A program made the translations under genes and the position numbers. Positions 53,189-61,632 of a stretch of DNA of 64,000 nt are shown here, one piece after another. The stretch lies in assembly GCA_964526965.1 (NCBI GenBank), contig CAZGML010000001.1, positions 19,667 through 83,666 of the forward strand, given 5' to 3'. The notes under the pieces are model-generated. The model was not told the origin of the DNA, searched no databases, and worked only from the letters and a program-made list of their open reading frames with translations. Numbering within the stretch: position 1 is the stretch's first letter; every line of letters starts with the position of its first letter. The stretch is from an uncultured Sphaerobacteraceae bacterium (GTDB lineage Bacteria; Chloroflexota; Chloroflexia; Thermomicrobiales; UBA6265).

Positions 53189-53721
53189 CGGAACCGCACC
53201 CAGGCGATCAGGTACGCGATGGCGACGAACACGAGATCGGGTATCGCCCGAAGTTGCAACAGGTTCGCCACCAGGGGCGACATGTCATTGATATGTTCGA
53301 ACGTAATTCCGTAGCGATTCGCCAAGAGAAATCGACTCAACAGGAACCCGGCTGTGATGATCGCCATGGAGGCGATCTGTAAGTCGCTCCCGCGCTTGTT
53401 GTTGGTTGCCCAGGCAACCGTCTCCACAACGCCGAAGCCCATGGCCAAGGAGAGGTAGAACTGCCACGTGGGGAAGAATCGCCACAAAACTGCAACAACA
53501 ACGGCAACCAACAAGCCGGCCAGCACCGCCTTCAGGAGCGAGTCTGTTGCGGTTCGAATAGTTCCCGGCGCACGCACACCCGCACATTCGGGGCAGCGAT
53601 TGCCGACATCGGTGCGAACTGCGTCCAGCGGGCAGATCGGCTTGCCGCACCGGTTGCAGCGCAATCCGGTGAGAGTATCGGGATGATAAGAACAGGGAAC
53701 GGGTCCCGAGGAATAATCCAT
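53185..53721 (-). CDS. Membrane protein with an N-terminal Cys/His zinc-finger (B-box-like)
   Basis: CSYHPDTLTGLRCNRCGKPICPLDAVRTDVGNRCPEC is followed by four hydrophobic helices. Confidence 0.6.
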   Translation of the reverse strand: MDYSSGPVPCSYHPDTLTGLRCNRCGKPICPLDAVRTDVGNRCPECAGVRAPGTIRTATDSLLKAVLAGLLVAVVVAVLWRFFPTWQFYLSLAMGFGVVETVAWATNNKRGSDLQIASMAIITAGFLLSRFLLANRYGITFEHINDMSPLVANLLQLRAIPDLVFVAIAYLIAWVRFR

Positions 53722-53770
53722 GCACGCGAATCCGCAGCGATTCCAGTCGGTTTCTCCGACAACTATCCGG

Positions 53771-54544
53771 CTATTCTACGCCACGTGCCAGCTTCGATCT
53801 GATGGCTTCGAGAATCACCAGTACGGCAAAATGCGGAAGCACCAGTTGTCTGCGCCAGCGCCATGGCTCTCGTGCGAGGCGATACAGCCATTCCAGCCCC
53901 AGGCGGCGCACCAATAGCGGCGCCAGCGGCGTGTGGCCAGAGATGTAATCTAAAGCGCCACCGATACCTGCAACAACCTTCACACCTGAAGCTTCGAGGT
54001 CGGCAAAATTACGTTGAATCCAGTGGATTTGTGCGGGCGCTCCGTAGGCAACCAACACGATACTCGCACCAGATTCACGAACGCGACGAATGGATTCATC
54101 GTCGTGTCCCGCTCGCGGTGAGCCATCGGCCCAGGTGCCGACGATATTCGTGCCGGGGTAGTCGTGGCGCAGTTTCTTCGCGGCATCCTCAGCAACACCG
54201 GGCCCGGCACCAAGCAGAAAGATACCGGCGCCGGTTTCTGCGGAAAGCTGCGCCATATCGGGCGTGAGCATCACACCGGTATACCGCTCGGACTCAACGC
54301 CGCTGTGGAGCAATCGCATCGCTATGGCGAGGCCGGCACCATCTACAGTGACCACGCCTGCCGATTCAATTGACTGGGCGAATTCCGGATCCTTAAGCGC
54401 AGTCATCACATATTCGGGGTTGGCGGTGACCACGTGCAGCAACCCCTCACCTGTACGGAGATGCTGCGCGACTGTATTGAACAAATCGCGTCGGGTGCCG
54501 GGTGTGATTTCCACACCCAGCACTTTTGGACGGTGAGACATCAT
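53771..54544 (-). CDS. WecB/TagA/CpsF family glycosyltransferase
   Basis: VVTANPEYVM, ...VTVDGAGLAIA..., ...LLGAGPGVAE... and ...GLEWLYRLAREPWRWRR are present. Confidence 0.85.
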   Translation of the reverse strand: MMSHRPKVLGVEITPGTRRDLFNTVAQHLRTGEGLLHVVTANPEYVMTALKDPEFAQSIESAGVVTVDGAGLAIAMRLLHSGVESERYTGVMLTPDMAQLSAETGAGIFLLGAGPGVAEDAAKKLRHDYPGTNIVGTWADGSPRAGHDDESIRRVRESGASIVLVAYGAPAQIHWIQRNFADLEASGVKVVAGIGGALDYISGHTPLAPLLVRRLGLEWLYRLAREPWRWRRQLVLPHFAVLVILEAIRSKLARGVE

Positions 54545-56583
54545 CCGAAGCTGCTGCTTCCGCCGCCGCCTCCCCCGCCGCCGAAGCCGCCTCCGCCGGA
54601 GAATCCACCGCCTCCGCCGCCGAAGCCACCGCTGCTGCCAGAGCTGTTACTTAATACCTTGGCCGCGGTACCGAGCATACCCAACAGGCTACCGGAAGCC
54701 CCGGTGAGCCCACGCCCGGCAGCGTCGCTTGAGCCTTGCAGGTCTGGGAATGACAGGCCGCCGCCATCGCCGCCATCACCCTCGCGGGAGCCTCCACGCG
54801 GGGTCGGGCCAGTGCCAAAGACCCAGCCGCCCGAGCGGCGTCGGCCGTGACCGTGTCCATGGTGATGACCATGGCCGAATGCACCTCCGCCCGTGGGGAT
54901 AAAGACCGGTCCGCCACCAAACCAGTCGGGAGTGTTTGCGCCAGCACGCTCGAACTTGGTCACCCAGCTTGATTCGATACCAAAGGCGACCGCGTACGGG
55001 AGGTAGCGCTCGAAGATCTCCTGACTCTCCTTAAGATCGACACGCTTTTCGATATCTTCCAGGTAGCGCTTGAAGGCCTTCCACTTGGCGGCCGCCTCGG
55101 CGCCCTTCAAGGTCTTGCGAACCATTGCCTGGCTAACCGTGAGCCCCAGGAAGAAGACGAATGCTGCCGCAAATGCCATGAACCAAACCCAGCCAGATTC
55201 ACCGCCATAGACCTGGGCCACGAAGAACCAGACGATAACCGCGATGATTGGCGCGAAGATGCCCATAAGGCTGTAGCGAGCCCGCACTTTATCCGGCCGC
55301 TTTTCAAAGTAGCCGTGTTCGACCACTTCCTTGTAGAAGCCACCATGAATCTTGCTGGCGTTCTTCACCATGCGTTCCTGGGCCTTGTGCATAGGGGTGA
55401 CTTTGCCGACCTCAAGCCTGCCGGGGAAGATCGTATCGAGCAGCTGTCGCTCGTAGTCCTGCATCGGCTGTTTGAGATCGAGCAATTCGATGTCGTAGAC
55501 GGTATTGCCGCCGAACCCGGCAAACCCGCCCTCCTTGCGACCATCGCTGATATGAATAATGTGCCTGCGGCCAAGATCGACGAGCGTCGCCACAACATCT
55601 CGGGTGTCGGTGCGTTCGTCGATAAGCGTCCCCGCAGCGCCTGGATGCAGGTCGTCTGGCGGCTCACTCATCGTTTCAGCAACGAGTCCGATTTCGGGAT
55701 CACGACCCGTGGTGTACCAGCGCAGGATGACGAGGATTGCACCGCCGACACCGATCAGCAGGCCAAAGCCAAGATAGATGGTGCCTGCAACTGCGTTCTT
55801 GTCCTCCTGCTCTTCCTGCAGGGCGCGTTCGCGGTCGTCGGCCTCTTGCCAGGATGGCACGGTGGCCGAGGTGATTGGCGGGAACTGCAATCGCGCGTCG
55901 AACTCACTGCCGGACTCCAGATTGGTTCGCTCCCACACCCAGGTTTGGCCATCCTGGGTCTCGCCATCGTCCGGCTGCCAAACCGTCTCTTCAGTATCCA
56001 CGACTTCCGGCAGGTGGTAGGTAATGGTCGCGCTTTCAACATCGGCACTACCTGTTACATCGGCCGGAACACCAACCCACCAAAGCTGCTGGTTGGCGGG
56101 ATCTTCGTCCGGATACACCCGAAGGCCGCCGATAACATCGAATTCGATGACGATGACGCGGTCCTCGGTGCCACTCGTGGGATCGAAGTTATATACGATC
56201 TCGGTCTCATCGATTCGCTCGTTCAGGACATATGTGCCCGGCTCGCCGTTATCTTGCGACATCTGCTCGAACTCGCGCGGCTCCTCGCCCTGGCTATTCG
56301 CAACGTGGACCTGGAAGTTCTCCATTGCTTCCACACGGTCTGCGGGAATAACGCGATTCCCGAATGAGAATTCGCCGCTAAAGGAGACCACCTGGGTCTC
56401 AACCACGTGGAACGTCCCGTCCTCATGGACAGTGATCTCGGTGTTATATTCCTTCCAGTAGGCGCTGCGATTCGCCTGCGCCTCCACGCTTAACAGCGCA
56501 CCGGGAATAAGCATCGCCAGCAGCGCAAGTACTATCCCCGAGCTGAGAACAAATCGGCCCGTACCCCTGATCCACGTTTTCAT
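54541..56583 (-). CDS. DUF2207 domain membrane protein with a Gly-rich C-terminal tail
   Basis: A signal peptide and the N-terminal beta-rich ectodomain (YNTEITVHEDGTFHVVETQVVSF) are followed by TM helices. The C-terminus reads GGFGGGGGGFSGGGGFGGGGGGGGSSSFG. The stop overlaps the tagA-like start (ATGA). Confidence 0.8.
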   Translation of the reverse strand: MKTWIRGTGRFVLSSGIVLALLAMLIPGALLSVEAQANRSAYWKEYNTEITVHEDGTFHVVETQVVSFSGEFSFGNRVIPADRVEAMENFQVHVANSQGEEPREFEQMSQDNGEPGTYVLNERIDETEIVYNFDPTSGTEDRVIVIEFDVIGGLRVYPDEDPANQQLWWVGVPADVTGSADVESATITYHLPEVVDTEETVWQPDDGETQDGQTWVWERTNLESGSEFDARLQFPPITSATVPSWQEADDRERALQEEQEDKNAVAGTIYLGFGLLIGVGGAILVILRWYTTGRDPEIGLVAETMSEPPDDLHPGAAGTLIDERTDTRDVVATLVDLGRRHIIHISDGRKEGGFAGFGGNTVYDIELLDLKQPMQDYERQLLDTIFPGRLEVGKVTPMHKAQERMVKNASKIHGGFYKEVVEHGYFEKRPDKVRARYSLMGIFAPIIAVIVWFFVAQVYGGESGWVWFMAFAAAFVFFLGLTVSQAMVRKTLKGAEAAAKWKAFKRYLEDIEKRVDLKESQEIFERYLPYAVAFGIESSWVTKFERAGANTPDWFGGGPVFIPTGGGAFGHGHHHGHGHGRRRSGGWVFGTGPTPRGGSREGDGGDGGGLSFPDLQGSSDAAGRGLTGASGSLLGMLGTAAKVLSNSSGSSGGFGGGGGGFSGGGGFGGGGGGGGSSSFG

Positions 56584-56715
56584 GAACGCTCCCCGTTATG
56601 GTTTGGTTTATCGTCTCACTATTCTAACGCGCCGGCTTGCCATATGGTTGCCCTGGCTGCTCCCACTTGGCATGGAACCGTACAATAGAACCAGTGAACG
56701 ACGCAGGAACGAGCG

Positions 56716-57174
56716 ATGCAACAGCCAACAACCCACAATCACATCCATCTCAGCCCGACTGAAATCGAACAGCGACTCAAGCAGCACGGCTATCGACTGA
56801 CCGCTCCACGATCCGCAATCGTTGAGGCGGTGCTTCGTCACGATCGACCTTTCACTGCGGAACAGTTGGTGACGGAACTGGCGGGCGGAGCAAATTCACC
56901 CGGCCGGGCTACCGTCTATCGCACGCTGGAAGTTCTGGCCAGTATGGACGTGCTCACCCGAATCGTCTCGCCAGACGGGCAACCCCGGTACATCAGTGGA
57001 GCACCCGGGCATCGGCATCACCTGCTCTGCGAGCGTTGCGGCGCCACGGTAACCATCACGTCGTGCCCGGTGCCGGAGCTGCTCACCATGCTTGCCAGCG
57101 AAACGGATTTCGTCATCAACGACCACACCCTCGAGGTCTTCGGAATCTGCCCCGCCTGCCAACAAACCGGATAA
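56716..57174 (+). CDS. Fur family metalloregulator (Zur-like by context)
   Basis: RLTAPRSAIVEAVL, ...GRATVYRTLEVLASMDVL..., HHLLCERCG and ...CPAC are present. Confidence 0.85.
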   Translation: MQQPTTHNHIHLSPTEIEQRLKQHGYRLTAPRSAIVEAVLRHDRPFTAEQLVTELAGGANSPGRATVYRTLEVLASMDVLTRIVSPDGQPRYISGAPGHRHHLLCERCGATVTITSCPVPELLTMLASETDFVINDHTLEVFGICPACQQTG

Positions 57175-57178
57175 TCGT

Positions 57179-57197
57179 ATTGACACCTGGTATCAAT
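57179..57197. promoter_or_regulatory. 19-bp palindrome overlapping the -35 box of the metal ABC operon (candidate Fur-family box)
   Basis: ATTGACACC-T-GGTATCAAT is a 9-1-9 palindrome with one mismatched pair. TTGACA (57180-57185), an 18-nt spacer, then TAGGTT (57204-57209) form the promoter candidate. Confidence 0.35.
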
Positions 57198-57263
57198 TAC
57201 TGCTAGGTTTGCACCCGCCATGCAATGCCGCTGGCTGCTTCTCGACCAAGGATCTGGATCGGT

Positions 57264-58022
57264 ATGAAACCCGCCAATTACGTACTCATGTGCACAAACC
57301 TGAGCGTGCACTACGAAAATCGTTCTGCACTTCGCAACGTAAACATGACAGTACAAGCGGGTCACATTACCGCACTTCTCGGTCCAAACGGTGCAGGCAA
57401 GAGCACGCTACTGAAAGTGCTGGCAGGCATGATCCCTCCCAGCCACGGATCTGTTGCATTTGAGAACCAGGATCTCACCGGCCCCCACTCCGAAATTACC
57501 TACGTTCCTCAGAGATCCGATGTCGACTGGAAATTCCCGATTTCCGTCCAGGAGTGCGTGCTGCTCGGGCTCGCCAACGCGCGATCCCGGTTTCGACCGT
57601 TCTCACGCAAGGACAAAGAAGCAGCGATAAAGGCCCTGAGCGATGTTGGCATGGATCACCTCGCCCATGCGCAGATTGACGCTCTCAGTGGTGGCCAGCA
57701 ACAGCGCGTATTTCTGGCTCGGGCGCTGCTCAGTCGCGGCGCTGTGTTGCTGTTAGACGAGCCGTTCACAGGCGTGGACGTTCCCACCCAGACCATGCTG
57801 GTGGAGATCCTCGATAATTTGCGTGCCGAGGGGACATCGATCGTCTACGCCACGCACGATCTTGCCCAGGCAGCCCGCACTGCCGATACCGCGGTGTTGC
57901 TCAATGGGGAGATCGTTGCAGAAGGTCCGTCCAGCGAAACCTTCACTGCAGAGAACCTGACCCGAACCTTCGGTGGCTCACTCGTATCGATTGAGTCATT
58001 GCAGGAGGCAGCGGTGTCATGA
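57264..58022 (+). CDS. Metal (Zn/Mn) ABC transporter ATP-binding protein
   Basis: GPNGAGKSTLLK, LSGGQQQRVFLARAL and LLLDEPFTGVD are present. The start is taken at ATG 57264. Confidence 0.88.
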   Translation: MKPANYVLMCTNLSVHYENRSALRNVNMTVQAGHITALLGPNGAGKSTLLKVLAGMIPPSHGSVAFENQDLTGPHSEITYVPQRSDVDWKFPISVQECVLLGLANARSRFRPFSRKDKEAAIKALSDVGMDHLAHAQIDALSGGQQQRVFLARALLSRGAVLLLDEPFTGVDVPTQTMLVEILDNLRAEGTSIVYATHDLAQAARTADTAVLLNGEIVAEGPSSETFTAENLTRTFGGSLVSIESLQEAAVS

Positions 58023-58915
58023 GCTGGCTAACCGAGCCATGGCAGTACACGTTCATGCAGCATGCCTTCCTGGCGATCCTGCTGGTTGGAGTTATCTGCG
58101 GCGCCATTGGCGTCTTCGTGATATTGCGCGGCTACTCCTTTCTCGGGGACGCTCTTGCCCATGCCATCTTCCCGGGAGTTGTGGTCACATTCATTCTTGG
58201 GGGCAATTTCGTGATCGGGGCGCTGATCGCTGCGATCATCGTCTCCATGCTCATTGGGGTCGTTGGGCAAAGTGGACGCATCAACAACGACACGGCCATT
58301 GGCGTGTTGTTTGTGGGCGCGTTTGCCCTTGGTATCGCGCTCATGAGCCTGCAAAGTGGTTACGTCAGGGATTTAAACGCATTCCTGTTTGGGTCGATTC
58401 TGGGAGTGAGTCGCAATGATCTTTGGCTCACCGCTGCGGTCGGGGTCATCGTTCTCGGACTCCTCGTCCTCTTCCGTCGCGAGATCACGCTGATCTCATT
58501 CGACCGCGTGTTCGCACGGTCAACCGGGCTGAACCTGTGGTGGTACGATCAACTCTTCCTCGTACTGCTGGCGATGGCCATCGTAATTTCGCTACAAACA
58601 GTGGGGAACATTCTCGTGCTGGCAATGCTGGTGACGCCAGCGGCCACGGCGCGCATGCTTACGGATAGTCTCCGTCGCATGATCGCGCTGAGCAGTACGC
58701 TCGGCGCCGTGAGTGGAATCACGGGTCTCTACATTAGTTACTACGAAGGTGTGCCAAGCGGGGCTGCCGTTGTGCTGACGGCCACGGTGGTCTTCGGCAT
58801 CGTCTTCCTCTTCGCGCCGCGAACCGGCATCATCATTACGCGTGTGCGGCATCGCATGCATCACGGGCATCCCGAGGATGATGTGGATGTCATACCGGAT
58901 AATCCGCAGCCCTAA
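58019..58915 (+). CDS. Metal ABC transporter permease (ABC-3 / ZnuB-MntC type)
   Basis: 298 aa with an ATGA overlap on the ATPase gene. FMQHAFLAILLVGVICGAIGVFVILRG..., ...LGDALAHAIFPGV... are present. Confidence 0.88.
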   Translation: MSWLTEPWQYTFMQHAFLAILLVGVICGAIGVFVILRGYSFLGDALAHAIFPGVVVTFILGGNFVIGALIAAIIVSMLIGVVGQSGRINNDTAIGVLFVGAFALGIALMSLQSGYVRDLNAFLFGSILGVSRNDLWLTAAVGVIVLGLLVLFRREITLISFDRVFARSTGLNLWWYDQLFLVLLAMAIVISLQTVGNILVLAMLVTPAATARMLTDSLRRMIALSSTLGAVSGITGLYISYYEGVPSGAAVVLTATVVFGIVFLFAPRTGIIITRVRHRMHHGHPEDDVDVIPDNPQP

Positions 58916-59826
58916 TCGTGAACCTCTACGCGCATACCGATTTGCGCGAAGTTGAAGAGAAACACGGCATCGTCCTCATTCAGCCGCACGCACCCGAGCG
59001 TGGTGGTGCCACCGGTTTGGACGACGTTGCCGAACTCATCCCTCACAGGCGAGTGGAACCCGTTGCTACGGTCGGGATCGAACCCAACGAAATCCGTGAG
59101 ATAGACGCCTTCCGCAAACGGGGTCTCGACCAGTGACTTCTCCTTGACGTGCACGTAGAACGTACCAAGGGCGGTAGCGTAATAGCCATCCGGGGAGAGA
59201 TCGGCGCCGACCAGCGAATCGAACTGCGCAACGATAATCTCACCGTTATAGAGCGTCACGGTGCGAGTGGTGCGATTGACATCGATCCACTTTTCACCTG
59301 GCTGCGGCGGGTCTTCGACGTGCGTATGGTGAGCCACCGCCGGCTTGCGTAGCGGTGCTTGTGTCGACTCTGGCGCTGGATCCTGCCGTGCGGGCACCTG
59401 AGTTGGAGCCGGTTCCGACCTCGCCTCAATTGATTCGGACTCAGGCGCAGCTGCTGCAACTGTTTGCGATTGCGCCACAACGCGGTTCGGAGACTCCAGG
59501 TAAGCCGCCGACATCCAGCCACGGGCGCCTTCCACGCTCACCTGAAGGAAGCCGGCCTCAGGTTGCGTATTGGCGGAAACCTCTGTTCCCATCGGGATAA
59601 CCGAGAGCACATCGTACGACGTGCCGGGCCCGGCGCGGAGATTGACATTATCCGTTGTCATCAGCGTGGCGGGCAGCGGCACATCCTCATCAGTGGTGAG
59701 TTCGCCCATGTGAGGCAGCAGGTACCAAGAGGCAGTGGCGATTATCGCCACTGCCAGTATGGCTCGCAGTATCCAACCCGATTTGCGCCGTTGATTCCGT
59801 ACGACAGGAAGCGTCTCCGTATTCAT
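58912..59826 (-). CDS. L,D-transpeptidase (YkuD) with an SH3b-like domain
   Basis: A TM anchor and an SH3-like region (VNLRAGPGTSYDVLSVIPMGTEV...GWMSAAYL) are followed by the catalytic region SNGFHS...TTLGCVRL. Confidence 0.85.
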   Translation of the reverse strand: MNTETLPVVRNQRRKSGWILRAILAVAIIATASWYLLPHMGELTTDEDVPLPATLMTTDNVNLRAGPGTSYDVLSVIPMGTEVSANTQPEAGFLQVSVEGARGWMSAAYLESPNRVVAQSQTVAAAAPESESIEARSEPAPTQVPARQDPAPESTQAPLRKPAVAHHTHVEDPPQPGEKWIDVNRTTRTVTLYNGEIIVAQFDSLVGADLSPDGYYATALGTFYVHVKEKSLVETPFAEGVYLTDFVGFDPDRSNGFHSPVRDEFGNVVQTGGTTTLGCVRLNEDDAVFLFNFAQIGMRVEVHD

Positions 59827-59829
59827 TGC

Positions 59830-60621
59830 CTACCAGTGCACTTCCACGCGCATGTTCATCTGCGCGAAGTCGTAAAGCTGGTCGATATCACCAGCGCCCA
59901 GGGCAACGCACCCGGCGGTAAGGCCGGCACCGTTTGGGGTGACATAGCCATTTTTGTCCTTGGTGTAGCTATGGAACCCGTTGTAGCGTTCCGGATCAAA
60001 GGCGACCCAGTGGGTGATGTAGTTATCTGCATATGGTGTGTAATGCAGATCGTACCGGAACGCATAAATGTAGTAGGTGCCAATGGCGGTGGCGTAAAAG
60101 CCGTAACTGGACTCCTCCCAGCCAAGGGACGCCCAGAACGACGCATACGTTTCATTCCCTATCATCAACCGGGTTTCCCCGGTGGAACGGTTCACATCAA
60201 TCCAGTGCTCACCGTTATTGACAGGCTCGGAGTGAGTGGTGTCCGTCACCGGAGCAGATTGCCCGCCTCCGTAACTACCACTGCTTGCCGGAGCTCCATC
60301 CAGGGAAAGGTAATCAGCCCAGATCCATCCATCTGTGCCGTAGTACCGCACCTGATACAGGCCCTCGTGCGGGCCATAGAGCACATCCACCGGTGTGTTC
60401 ACATCCATGTAGAGCATGGCTGTGAGATCGGTTGGATGCACAAAGAGTTCGGCTCCCTGCACGGCCACGTAGCCAACCTGACCGGCAGAGGCCTTGTTGG
60501 CAGAAATCGCTGCTGTGCTACCGACGAGGCCCAGAGAGCCAGCGGTAAGTGATTTCAGCAGATTTCGCCGAGTCGTCACAGCATTGGTCAGCGTAGCCAG
60601 CGCTGAATTGCGTGTGCGCAT
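59830..60621 (-). CDS. L,D-transpeptidase paralog with a Tat-like signal
   Basis: Start at ATG 60621 (MRTRNSALATLTNAVTTRRNLLKSLTAGSLG). The catalytic region reads YNGFHS...LTAGCVAL. The stop lies 3 nt from the start of the downstream paralog. Confidence 0.8.
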   Translation of the reverse strand: MRTRNSALATLTNAVTTRRNLLKSLTAGSLGLVGSTAAISANKASAGQVGYVAVQGAELFVHPTDLTAMLYMDVNTPVDVLYGPHEGLYQVRYYGTDGWIWADYLSLDGAPASSGSYGGGQSAPVTDTTHSEPVNNGEHWIDVNRSTGETRLMIGNETYASFWASLGWEESSYGFYATAIGTYYIYAFRYDLHYTPYADNYITHWVAFDPERYNGFHSYTKDKNGYVTPNGAGLTAGCVALGAGDIDQLYDFAQMNMRVEVHW

Positions 60622-60875
60622 GATGTTGTTCCCCCCGAGTGGTCCCTTCCACTCCCTTTTTCGAAAGCGATCCGGTGGAGAATCCACCGTAACCGCTGGG
60701 TGCACATACTGTACGTACACTCTGGGCCAAAGCATAAACACAAGAGTCAAAGCATGCAAGAGGTAATTCTGAAAGGCTATGTGCCCGTGCCGGAGTGACA
60801 TACATGGCTTAAGTGGGTCACGACCTAACTCTTTGACATTAAGTCAAGCAGCCGGCGGCACTTACACAGCGGGCA

Positions 60876-60904
60876 TTGTCAGGTCCGGGGGATAGCTCTA
60901 TACT
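60876..60904 (+). promoter_or_regulatory. Candidate sigma70-type promoter of the greA leader
   Basis: TTGTCA (60876-60881), a 17-nt spacer, then TATACT (60899-60904). Confidence 0.4.
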
Positions 60905-60924
60905 GTGTACAGACGCCTCAATTG

Positions 60925-60949
60925 CCGGTTGGCATTGCCATCCGGTTTT
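60925..60949 (+). terminator. Leader hairpin 1 plus T-run upstream of greA
   Basis: The imperfect hairpin ccggttggcattgccatccgg is followed by tttt. Confidence 0.35.
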
Positions 60950-60987
60950 CGCATATGAGGTGGCGCCTTTGCGCTTCAGGTGAGTAG

Positions 60988-61008
60988 CCCCGTTATGGCG
61001 GGGTTTTT
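60988..61008 (+). terminator. Leader hairpin 2 plus T-run upstream of greA
   Basis: ccccg-ttatgg-cgggg is followed by ttttt, 60 nt before the greA ATG. Confidence 0.4.
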
Positions 61009-61068
61009 GCACACCTTAAGGCAAATCGATTCACGGTCACGTTTGCGTGGTACCGAAAGGAAATCAAC

Positions 61069-61539
61069 ATGGCGCATGAACGCCTGGAAATCACTCGTGA
61101 GGGTATCAACAGACTTAACGAGGAACTTCGTGTGCTACAGGAAGAGCGGCTGAAGGAGCTTTCCGAACGCATCTCTAACGCGAGCTCCGAAGGCGATGTC
61201 TCCGACAATAGCGAATTTGAGGATCTCAAAGAAGAGTACTATTACGTCGAAGAACGCATTCGCGAAGTTAAAGACATCCTCAAACGTGCTGATGTCCTCG
61301 AAGAAGGATCAGCAGATGGCACCATTGGCCTTGGTAGCCGCATTGTGGTTTCCGCCGACGATGACAACGAAGAGGACACCTGGCTACTTGTAAATGAGGA
61401 AGAGGCTTCCGCTGTTCATGGCCGCATTTCCGACGAATCCCCGGTTGGTCTCCAGCTTCTGGGCAAAAAAGCCGGCGATTCTTTCACCATCGAAACACCT
61501 GATGGTGGCCTTACATACACGATCATCAACGTAAAATAG
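61069..61539 (+). CDS. greA: Transcription elongation factor GreA
   Basis: The coiled-coil LEITREGINRLNEELRVLQEERLKELSERISNASSEGDVSDNSEFEDLKEE is followed by the C-terminal domain ISDESPVGLQLLGKKAGDSF. Confidence 0.95.
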   Translation: MAHERLEITREGINRLNEELRVLQEERLKELSERISNASSEGDVSDNSEFEDLKEEYYYVEERIREVKDILKRADVLEEGSADGTIGLGSRIVVSADDDNEEDTWLLVNEEEASAVHGRISDESPVGLQLLGKKAGDSFTIETPDGGLTYTIINVK

Positions 61540-61558
61540 CTTCGGAATCTGTTACAGT

Positions 61559-61600
61559 CGAAATGCGGCGGGATTCCAGCCCGCCGCGTTTCGTGTTTTC
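61559..61600 (+). terminator. Hairpin plus T-run between greA and lysS
   Basis: cgaaatgcggcggg...cccgccgcgtttcg is followed by tgttttc. Confidence 0.6.
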
Positions 61601-61632
61601 ACCGCAAACGTCTATCGAATCGGAGTGCCTGC

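Noticed and set aside
54434-54850. A proline-rich ORF (PPPPPPPPKPPPPENPPPPPPKPP)
   Set aside because: It is the reverse complement of the GGC/GGA-rich codons that encode the glycine tail of the DUF2207 protein.
56668-56686. A sigma54-like TGGCAT-N5 element upstream of the Fur-family gene
   Set aside because: The -12 element reads CGTAC rather than TTGC(A/T). No enhancer-binding protein context is present. This is probably a chance match.
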